Of a DNA stretch of 64,000 nt, positions 39,050 to 49,398 are shown in pieces. This DNA comes from Octopus sinensis (Eukaryota), in NCBI RefSeq assembly GCF_006345805.1, contig NC_042997.1:174096001-174160000 (forward strand). Reading direction: 5' to 3'. Made by a program: the position numbers and the translations under genes. The notes under the pieces were generated by a model. It made no database searches and was not told where the DNA came from. It was given only the letters and a program-made list of their open reading frames with translations. The stretch's first letter is position 1. Each line of letters starts with the position of its first letter.

Positions 39050-39083
<34 letters not shown>

Positions 39084-39119
39084 TGAGTGTGTGTGTGTGG
39101 TGTGTGTGAGAGAGAGAGA

Positions 39120-39173
<54 letters not shown>

Positions 39174-39361
39174 TGTAGTATTGAAGGAGCACAAGCAGTG
39201 AGTGCAGAGTTGGATATGTGCTCACAAGGCTTCGTTCGGCAAGAGGCTATTGCACGCAGTGGGTGCACGCAGTGCGACTGGACCCAGAAGCATGTGGTTC
39301 GGAAGCAAGCTTCGTGCTTGGCAAGTCATGCTTCACATGTGCGTGTGAGTATATATGTATT

Positions 39362-39567
39362 CTTTTATTCTTTTACTTGTCTTAGTCAGTTGACTGAGGC
39401 CATGCTGGAGTATCGCATTGAAAGGTTTTACTTATTTCTTAAGCCTACAACTTATTCTACCATTCCTTTTAGCCGGATCACAAGGTTATGGGGACGTAAA
39501 CACACCAACACCGGTTATCAGGAGCTCGTGGGACGGGGTGGCGGACAAGCACAGACACAAACACACC
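39362..39567 (-). mobile_element. SINE family A, diverged 3' half
   Basis: TACTTGTCTTAGTCAGTTGACTGAGGCCATGCTGGAG..GGGACGTAAACACACCAACACCGGTT. Confidence 0.75.
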
Positions 39568-40322
39568 AAGGCGGAAGCTCTCCGCCAACTTCAAGATACC
39601 TCCTTCTACTGCCCTCTACCCTCCAACCCCACGGCCAGCTACCAACAGACTGTATCCTCCAGTATTCATGACCTCATCGCCTCCTCTCTCTCCCCACCAC
39701 CTCTAACTTCATTGTCCGCAACCCTCGTAATCCCACAATTACTTCCTCCCCAAAATCCACAAACGTAACAACCCTGACCGCCTGATCGTCTCCGCCTGCA
39801 ACTGCCCCACCGAACTCATCTCCAGATATCTTGACCGTGTCCTTTCCCCCTAGTGGCTTCCCTCCCCTCTTACATCCATAACACCAACCATACTCTTTGT
39901 TCAACTCTTTCTCCTTCCCTCCTGGCCCCCTAAACTTCTCTTCAATCTTGACAACAAGAGTCTATACACAGTGATCCCTCACCACGAGGAGCTGCGTGCA
40001 CTCCGATATTTCCTCGACCTTCGACCCAACCCTCATCCAGACACATCCATACTCCTTCGTCTGGCTGAACTTGTCCTCTCATTTAACTGCTTCTCGTTCG
40101 CGGGTGATTTTTACCAGCAGTTCTCGGGATGGCTATGGGAACGATAATGGGCCCTAACTATGCGAACCTGTTCGTCGGCTACGTTACGGCCCAAATATTC
40201 TCAAGTTTCACTGGTCCCATTCCCGAGCTATGTGGCCGTTATACCTACGACTGTATCGGTGCGACCTCACTCTCCGCGAACATCTAGACTCCTTCCTCTC
40301 TTTTGTCAAATCTTTCCATCTG
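39568..40322 (+). mobile_element. Penelope-like element (Poseidon-type) RT fragment, pseudogenised
   Basis: EALRQLQDTSFY; LLPKIHKRNNPDRLIVSACNCPTELISRYLDRVLSP; MAMGTIMGPNYANLFVGYV; GRYTYDCIGA (mutated YIDD). Confidence 0.9.
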
Positions 40323-40325
40323 ACC

Positions 40326-40428
40326 TATTGTTGTATTTGGGAATGGTCATGTGGCCAGTTTAGCGAATGAAGACACACGCAATATATTGGTAAAATTGGC
40401 AACATGGCCATCCCTAAATATAACACTA
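40326..40428. mobile_element. Short imperfect inverted-repeat unit (collapsed MITE)
   Basis: TATTTGGGAATGGTCATGTGGCCAGTTTAGCGAAT versus the reverse complement of the right arm, TATTTAGGGATGGCCATGTTGCCAATTTTACCAAT; 17-nt spacer. Confidence 0.65.
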
Positions 40429-40510
40429 TCTGTTTCAACACGAGTTCACATCAAGAATGTTGCAAAACGAATACATAAACCTATACATGTATTTAGATGT
40501 ATAGTATGTA

Positions 40511-40551
<41 letters not shown>

Positions 40552-40559
40552 TATATATA

Positions 40560-40860
40560 TCGTTTGTTTTTACTGCGTTATTCTCTTTGTTCTGTCTTTT
40601 ACTGTTTTTACTTTTATTGTTTGTCCTTATCTTCGGAACGCGGAGCAGACGAAACAAGGACAACTGAAGAAGGGGAATACTCCTTGTGTTGTATGTCTTG
40701 TACTTTGTTCTTTCGTTGTTTGAAATATAGTTCGTTTCCATGTTTTTGTTTTTAGGTTTTCGTTTCTCATTGTGTTCAACGTTTTTTGTGATGTCCTGTA
40801 CCCATATCTGCATGTATATATACATATAGCTGTAAGTATGTACATAAATGTGTATATGCA
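40560..40860 (+). repeat. Interspersed repeat family F, copy 1
   Basis: CTTCGGAACGCG..GGACAACTGAAGAAGGG..AGTTCGTTTCCATGTTTTTG..TCCTGTACCCATAT is shared with 47640-47960. Confidence 0.8.
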
Positions 40861-40879
40861 TATATTTATATTATTTTAT

Positions 40880-40951
<72 letters not shown>

Positions 40952-41352
40952 ATAAATATATATATATAATTAGCGCTGTCATTGGTTTGCGTGTCTACGA
41001 TATCAATTATGTATATAAACGTTATGGTATATTCGTGCACATGCATGTTTGTATATCTGAATAAGTATTCATTCTAATGCGTTTATGTGTATCGATATCT
41101 ATGTGTCAGTCCGTGCGTGCTTGCATGCATGCGTGCACGCTTGCTTGCGTGTGTGTATGTACGCGAGGGTATGGAGTGCGTGTGGACGCTTCTCGACTTA
41201 CAGCATCACTTATCTGCGTTCTAGATTATTTAACTATGTGGAAGTGCATACGTTTGTAGATGTAACGAGTTTGAATGTATGTGTGATTATTTTCATATAA
41301 CTTTGAGCTCCTATGCGTTTATTTAACGGTATTTCACAACGGTATTTCAGAA

Positions 41353-41582
41353 GGTGGCGAGCTGGCAGAAACGTTAGCACGCCGGGCGAAGTGCTTAGCG
41401 GTATTTCGTCTGCGTTACGTTGTGAGTTCAAATTCCGCCGAGGTCGACTTTGCCTTTCATCCTTTCGGGGTCGATAAATCAAGTGCCAGTTACGCACTGG
41501 GGTCGATGTAATCGACTTAATACCTATGTCTGTCCTTGTTTGTCCCCTTTGTGTTTAGCCCCTTGTGGGTAATAAAGAAATA
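41353..41582 (+). mobile_element. Family B (Nin/Deu) SINE, full length
   Basis: Head GGTGGCGAGCTGGCAGAAACG, Nin/Deu-like core, tail CCTTGTGGGTAATAAAGAAA. GGTATTTCACAAC is duplicated at 41328-41340 and 41583-41595. Confidence 0.9.
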
Positions 41583-41874
41583 GGTATTTCACAACGCGGT
41601 TGCGTGAATGAGTCTAACGTATACATTCTACGTGTGTCATTGTACGCGTGTGCATCAATCTGTGAGTGTGTGTGTTCAAGACAAGAGAATATTTCTTAAG
41701 ATTACTAAGTTTCTCTTCCTTTCTCTCTGTTTCTCACTATATAAATGCATATTTATATATATATGTATACGCATATATACTTGTACTTACACGCACATGC
41801 ACACTTTCATGCGCGCGCGTGGACCCACACACGCGCACACACATATATATACTGTATATATTACATGTGTAACT

Positions 41875-42035
41875 GTTGGCAGTACCATGTAAATGGCACC
41901 CGTGGAAACGCAGTCGTGGCCGTTGCTGGTACGTAAACACCACCCATTACACCCTCGGAGTGGTTGGCAAGAAGAAGGATATCCAGCCGTAGAGACCATG
42001 CCAAATCAGACTGGAACCTAGTGCAACTCTCTGCA
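41875..42035 (+). mobile_element. SINE-like 3' fragment (family D)
   Basis: ACCATGTAAATGGCACCCG..CACCCTCGGAGTGGTTGGCAAGAAGAAGGATATCCAGCCGTAGAGACC. Recognised as a SINE-type tail; single copy here. Confidence 0.45.
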
Positions 42036-42232
42036 CCAGATTCTCTATATAATTGTTAAAGAGGACAAAAAACGTTAAGACAAGGCAAACATCTCAAGTA
42101 ATATAAATCATTATTATTGAAAAAAAAATTTCAAAGTCTACCCTGGAATATCTCAGAAACAGCTGTAAGACTTTAAATTTTTTTCCAATGATAATAATAA
42201 TAATAATAATAACAACAACAACAACAATAATA

Positions 42233-42539
42233 ATATGATGGAAGCACTCCGTCGGTTACGACGACGAGGGTTCCGGTTGATCCGAATCAACGGAACAGCC
42301 TGCTCGTGAAATTAACGTGTAAGTGGCTGAGCACTCCACAGACACGTGTACCCTTAACGTACACGTTAAAGTTGTGGTGAAAGAGTACAGCAGGGATCAC
42401 CACCATCCCCTGCCGGAGCCTCGTGGAACTTTAGGTGTTTTCGCTCAATAAACACTCACAACGCCCAGTCTGGGAATCGAAACCGCGATCCTATGACCGC
42501 GAGTCCGCTGCCCTAACCACTGGGCCATTGTGCCTCCAC
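42233..42539 (-). mobile_element. tRNA-derived SINE family C inside an (AAT)n tract
   Basis: Minus-strand head GTGGAGGCACAATGGCCCAGTGGTTAGGGCAGCGGACT..GGTTTCGATTCCCAG has A and B boxes. The tail is shared with 32600-32730. Confidence 0.85.
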
Positions 42540-42582
<43 letters not shown>

Positions 42583-42820
42583 TATATGACTTGAGATGTT
42601 TGCCTTGCCTTAACGCTTGTTGTCCTCTTTAACAATTATATATGCGCTATATCGGGAATCTGCAATGGTTCTATAACTACCGTCTCGGCTATAACTTAGG
42701 AACCCTAGTAATCCGTTACAGCACTTACCAAGCGTAACTAATCGTTTAGATCGCCTGTGAACTACAACCGCTATAGTTTATATATATATATATAGATATA
42801 TATATATATATATATTATAT

Positions 42821-42879
<59 letters not shown>

Positions 42880-43771
42880 CAGAGGGAGAGAGAGAGAGTG
42901 GGGGAGAGTGAGAGAGAAAGAGATAAATTTTAAAATATTTCCCCCGCGTTACGTGATTAATGCATTCCTGAAAATATTACCGCAACGCGAAAACCAATAG
43001 CACAAAATTATTTTCCTGCTCTTTGACATGATATAAAGTGATAATGTGTTACGATGTTTCTTTTTTGAACAGTGATATAGAAAGGCAAAACAAATTTAAT
43101 CAACACGACTAAGTTCATGCATGAAAGCAAAATTTTCTAAACGGCATCGTACAAAATGTGTGTTAAAAACATTTCAAAAGAAATATGCTACGGAATAATT
43201 AGAACCATGTTATCATAATAGGGTATTGTTCTTATCACAGAAGATGTTGATTACTGTGTGAAGGATGGCCGTGCAGGAATGAGAGCTTCTGAAACGAAGA
43301 AGGACACTCCCCTGTCTTACAATTCATTATCATCAACATCTACTTGATGGATAAAGAGCTTATCCAGAATCGTTTGAAGTTTATGGTGTATCAGCTTTTT
43401 ATGTTACTATGGTATAGGAACTAAGCTCATTGTAAACTTCTCTGGTAATTTTTATGTTGGATTAAGGTTATTGACAACAGAATCTTGCAGACCTTCTTGT
43501 ATAAGTACCAAACCCCTCAGTTATACTCTTTGCAGTCAATTTTAGTTGAGTTGACTGAATTTCCGTATTCTCAACTTTCGTTTTTTATAACAGTATCAGT
43601 TTCTCTTTACTATAGTCTCGGGGTGACCAAGGTGTTGTGTTTAGTACACGAAAACTGAAAGAAGCTTATCGCATATATATATATATATATATATATTATT
43701 CTTGTATTCTTATATTTGTTTCAGTCGTTTGATTGCGAAATACATGCACACACGCACGCACACACACGCAC

Positions 43772-43827
<56 letters not shown>

Positions 43828-44234
43828 TGTGTGTGTGTGTGTACACTGGTGTAGGTTCTGATGGAGCGTGGAAAATCTGTATAATTGTAATGCAGCAATA
43901 AACCTAGCTGTCTACGCTCTTGAACTGGAACCTTGAGAAAATTGAAAGTCCACTTCAAGCACATCATTGGCACATGTTGTGTGCTAGATTCACACATGGC
44001 GAAAATTAGCTTAGCAGAAATTTCATGTTCGACAATTCTAATGCCATTGCATGCATATAAGTCATCTCATGTGAAAAGTTACGCAAAAACATTATCAGAC
44101 TAACATCACGTTGTGCTGTCTTACATTATGCGACATTTTATGTTACATTTATGGGGAGGAAAGATGACAATAATTATAAAATAGCAATGAAAATGATGAA
44201 TGAAAACAGATACAGACAAGACAATAATGATCCA

Positions 44235-44447
44235 TTTTACTAAAGGCACAAGACCTGAAAGTTTGTGGAAGGGTACTAGTCGATTACATCGACCCCAGTG
44301 TTTCACTGGTACTTAACTTATCGACTCCGAGAGGATGAAAGGCAAAGTCGACACCGGCGGAATTTGAATTCAGAACGTACGTAAAGACGGACGAAATGCT
44401 GCGGAACATTTTACCCGGCGTGCTAACGCTTCTGCCACATCGCCTCC
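44235..44447 (-). mobile_element. Family B (Nin/Deu) SINE
   Basis: GATGAAAGGCAAAGTCGACACCGGCGGAATTTGAATTCAGAACG..CCCGGCGTGCTAACGCTTCTGCC. Confidence 0.9.
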
Positions 44448-44459
44448 TTGCGACAAGAC

Positions 44460-44490
<31 letters not shown>

Positions 44491-44513
44491 TAATAATAAT
44501 AATAATAATAATA

Positions 44514-44570
<57 letters not shown>

Positions 44571-44879
44571 TGATGATGATGATGATGATGAAGATGATGA
44601 TGATGATGATGATGACGATGGTGATGGTGATGGTGTTGGTGGTGGTGGTGGTGGTGGTGGTGGTGGTGGTGGTGGTGGTGATGATGATGATGATGATGAT
44701 GATGGTGCTGGTGATGGTGATGATGATGATGATGATGATGGTGATGGTGATGGTGATGGTGATGTGATGGTGATGGTCATGATGATGATGATGAGGATGA
44801 TGATTGGCCGAATGTAGGTGAAGATCAGCGAATGCGTAGACAAAGTGAAGTTGCAGTAGAGGAGAGGACTGCCAATCAA

Positions 44880-45578
44880 TATAATGTAGAAAACTCTGTA
44901 TTATGAGAGGATATGACTGAGGAACAGAGAAACCTCAGGATTACACTCGAGGATATAGTAGTTACAAGAACAGAGACCAAGCCGGTGAATTTGAGAAGCT
45001 TCGACCATAACAACGCGAAAAGCGCGACCCAAAAGTTGACAAAAAATCAAGCGGAAACAAGGGACTTGATAGGATCCGCTTCATTTTCAGTAGGTGCAGG
45101 GCGAAGGCACGGAAGGGGTCTATAAAAATGTGGTCGGGTGGAAAAGGCATGGATGTCCAAATCTTCATGTGCCAATAACACCACAAAATTATCCTAGATC
45201 TTTATAATGATTGAGGACGAGTCAATGAACTCAATCAAAGGAATGATGCCGTAAAGAAGGCCTAATTGGTACACATGTGTACCTATAGATACGTGGTGAG
45301 TTTTTGGATCAGGGAAAATGTAAAGGAAAAGGAAAAGAAAAGCAAGGAAAAACATGGTGGCAGGTTGCAGCATTGCAACAAAGATAGTAGCAAGCCCCAA
45401 AGGAGAAGACGAAGTCTACTACTACTGCAGTTTTCGTGAGCAGCATCGTACGCAGCTCCGGGATTATGTGTGGTGTCCGTGCATATGTACGCGTGTGTAT
45501 CTCCACACATTTGGTAGTTCATTTACGTAGTGCATTTTCTATTGTATATTTGGACCCTTGTGGCTAATAAAGAAAAGA
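44880..45578 (+). mobile_element. Possible degraded Tx1/L1-type LINE 3' end
   Basis: Ends CCCTTGTGGCTAATAAAGAAA, nearly identical to the 3' end of the Tx1 LINE at 60214-60240 read in sense. Weak peptide likeness WSGGKGMDVQIF versus WTRLKGLETNTF. Confidence 0.35.
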
Positions 45579-46530
45579 TTATGAATCTCATTGTTCTTGC
45601 TTTTGTTATATTACAGGCTACTATTCTTGTTATTAACATTGATAGGGATACTGCTGTTTTTGTATTGCAACTGTTATGATTGTTTGTTATTGTTATGGTT
45701 GTTATTATTATCAATATTGTTGTTGTTGTTATTGTTGCTGTTGTTGTTGTTGTTGTTGTTGTTGTTCTTAATGTTGCTATTTGTTTTCACCTTATTTTGT
45801 TCTCCCTGACAACAGTTTCTTTTGCTTCACTTTACTTCGCTCTCTTATTATATTTTTGTTTCGCTTATTCGTTTCTCGCTTCTCCTTCATTCTTCCATAC
45901 ATTGGATCATTGTCTCTTTCTCCCGCTCTTCAAATATGGCGTTGTATTCCACAAATCTTCATTCCTCCGTCTTAAAACTCCTCTTTCACAACTCTACCCT
46001 CCCAAAACACACGCACACATAATCTCTCTCTTTTTATTCCTCTCCTTCTTCCCAAAATAACTCTCCTTCCTTTTTCTCCTCTCACCATTGGCACCTCTCC
46101 ATCTCCTCCTTTGCTCATCTACTCCTTTCCCTCACCCACTCGCTTTTCTCCCCTACACTTTCTAGCTGATAACCTCATTTTGCCGCCCTCCCATCTGCAG
46201 TCTACAAGTTTCCACAGCAAGTCTTCATACATCCATTCATTCATACACTCAGTACTATGTCTCTGCTACTCTTCCCTATGCACCTAAGCCATTCCGCGCC
46301 AGACCGCTCCATGCCACACCACAAAACATGGCACTACATAACGCCACATCCCGTCATACACCGCCATCTATACAATAACTTGTGCCACACAAGGTAGCTA
46401 ATTCGTTCGTCTCGTGCCGCGTCTGTGCGTCGACGTATACCACACTCCACATCTCACCACGTAACTTCATTGTTGGTTACTAGAGCTTGAAAAATGTATG
46501 CATGCACACACAAACACAGACACACACACA

Positions 46531-46561
<31 letters not shown>

Positions 46562-46585
46562 CACCACACCACCCACACACACAAT

Positions 46586-46629
<44 letters not shown>

Positions 46630-47639
46630 ATATATATTATATATATATACGTACGTATATATACATTTATATACAGAGGCGTTTATGCATGCATACGTGT
46701 TTGTTATGTATGTGCAAGTCAATATATATATATGTGTGTGTGTGTGTGTACATACATTGTGTGTGTGTGTGCGTGTGTATGTGTGTGCGTGTGCATGTGT
46801 GTGCATATATATATCAATGTATCAAGTATATATATATACATATGTATAGCCGTGACTATGTGATAAGAAGACTGGTTCCCGGCCACATGGTTCCAGGTTC
46901 AGACGACTGCGTAGCACCTTGGGCAAGTGTTTTGTACGATAGCGTCGGGCTATAGAGAAATTAAGCCTTAATATCTTGAAAAAATCTCCCCCTCCTCTTT
47001 TCTTACATATAAAACAATATAGAGAAAATAGAACTCGCACTCTAAACGTAGAGTAAAATACAATTATTCCACGTGAAGAATTACGCAATATGTGTGTTGA
47101 TTATATTGGAGTACCATTTCATCAGAATGGCGTGAAGACGTGGTTATAAAAATATGAATTATAAGTTGCTTACATAGGGAAGGAAAATGACCATAATTAT
47201 GACATAAAAATACAACTTAATGAAAATGGATGTAAATGATACAATAATAATGAGTAGTAGTAGTAGTAGTAGTAGCAGCAGCAGCTGCAGTAGTAGTAGT
47301 AGTAGGAGGAGGAGGAGTAGGAGTATTAGGAGTATAGTAGTAGTAGAAGAAGAAGAAGAAGAAGAAGAAGAAGAAGAAGACGACGACAACGAAGAAGAAG
47401 AAGAAGAAAGAAATATTCTACTACTACTATTACTACTACTCATTACTATTGTATCTCTCCCTCTCTCTCTCCCTCACTCTTCTTCCTTGACTCTCTCGTC
47501 GGTCTCACGTGACCAGCAGCTATCGTTCTTTTTTCCTCTCGCTTTAGAAGAGATAAGACCTATTTTGCCTTTCTCTTGTTATAGCTCCTTTCTCCAGCAT
47601 TCACCACTTCATTTCGTTATGGCTTAACAACCCTCACCG

Positions 47640-47960
47640 TTTGTTTTTACTGTTCTGTTTTTGTTACCACTTTAACCTTCCGCAAAATTACAATTTTTAT
47701 TTATTTTGCTTTGCGGGAAGGACTGTTTTAACGAAGTAGCGTCTTGTCCCAACCTTCGGAACGCGAAGTAGAAAAAACAGGGGACAACTGATGAAGGGAT
47801 TGTTCTTTATGTTGCCTGTCTCGTTTCTCTATTTGTTTCTTTCGTTGTTCGAAAATAAGTTCGTTTTCCATGTTTTTGTTTTTTTATGTTCCCGTTTTCA
47901 TTTTGTTCACGTTTTTTGACATCCTGTACCCATATATGCATGTATATATACACATATATA
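47640..47960 (+). repeat. Interspersed repeat family F, copy 2
   Basis: Aligns with 40560-40860 and contains GGACAACTGATGAAGGG. Confidence 0.8.
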
Positions 47961-47994
47961 TATATGTAGTTATATACATATATGTATGTATATA

Positions 47995-48079
<85 letters not shown>

Positions 48080-48258
48080 ATAATAATATTTAGGGAATAT
48101 ATCCAAATTTACAGGGAAAAAAAAATCAGATTTAGGATTAAATCCAATTTTATAGTAAAATATTATAAATATTATTTGAAGACCAAACCACTATTTTGCA
48201 AAAAAACAAGGAAATGACTTAATCAATACATAAAATTTAATAAATAGTCAAAAAACCC

Positions 48259-48304
48259 GCCACTACAAGCGTTTCTTGTCTTGATCGACAATCTTCAGGT
48301 GGAC
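48259..48304 (-). ncRNA. Minimal type I hammerhead ribozyme (inverted pLTR copy)
   Basis: Minus strand reads CCAC CTGAAGA TTGTC-GATCAA-GACAA GAAA C-GCTT-G TA^ GTGG. Confidence 0.8.
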
Positions 48305-49124
48305 TTCCAATCTAAAAAATCAAAATTTTAAAATATAAAAATAATACTTTTAAATAATTAATAGTATAAATGAAAAAATATAAGTATATAATCCATATAT
48401 AACCTATATAAATAATCAGATCGAAAATATAGACTAATTACCACACGAATTCCCTAAAAAAACCATGATAAAACAAAACTCTTAAAAACATATAACGATA
48501 AATCTCCCTTTACTAAACTCTATAACAAACCTATAAAGTAAACCCCCTAACCTAAACATTCACACACAAATACACACACGTAACCACAGACTCACGACGT
48601 CTTATACACATACCTATACTAACTTATAAACCTCAATATACACCAAAACCCACTCCCTCCCCACACAGACAAATTAACACATACATCCCAAAACCTAAAT
48701 AACAAACCCATATACACATTCACACACAAAACACACATCACAACGCAAAAACACTCACACACCAAAAGATACATATACTCCCTCACATATACGCCTATAC
48801 ATACTCACTAACTCGACATATACAACAATACTTACACACCCACAAAAAACATTATACTTTATGAGCTTTAACTCACCTTAGCATCTCTAACAAACAACTT
48901 GCAGAACCCAATCCCAATCTCTATGCCTACCTCACCTACTACACTTTCCATTCACATCCAAGCAACGCTAGTCCACCACCCGGTTATTCACGTGGCAAAA
49001 CAACACCACTCAAAAATTATGAATGAAACAATGTGGGATTATATTACTATATTTTTTCATTTATCTTTAATTATTTAAAAGTATTATTTTTATATTTTTA
49101 AAATTTTGATTTTTTAGATTGGAA

Positions 49125-49170
49125 GTCCACCTGAAGATTGTCGATCAAGACAAGAAACGATTGTAGTGGC
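49125..49170 (+). ncRNA. Minimal type I hammerhead ribozyme (5' pLTR)
   Basis: CCAC CTGAAGA TTGTC-GATCAA-GACAA GAAA C-GATT-G TA^ GTGG. Stem I is 4 bp, stem II is 5 bp, and the GUA triplet predicts cleavage after 49165. Confidence 0.88.
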
Positions 49171-49398
49171 GTTTTTTTGACTATTTAAAATTTTATGTAT
49201 TGATTAAGTCTTTCCTTGTTTGTTTTGCAAAATAGTGGTTTTGTCTCAAATAATATTTTATAATATTTTACTATAAAAATTGGATTTAATCCTAAATCTG
49301 ATTTTTTTCCCTGTAAATTTGGATTATTCCCTAATATTTATTATTTTATAATATTGATAATTTTGTATATTGAGTGTAATACCTCAATTTCGCAAATT

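Noticed and set aside
43241-43347. Candidate exon after TTATCACAG encoding DVDYCVKDGRAG...*
   Set aside because: The EGF-like start lacks the remaining cysteines, it ends in a stop, and no partner exons were found.
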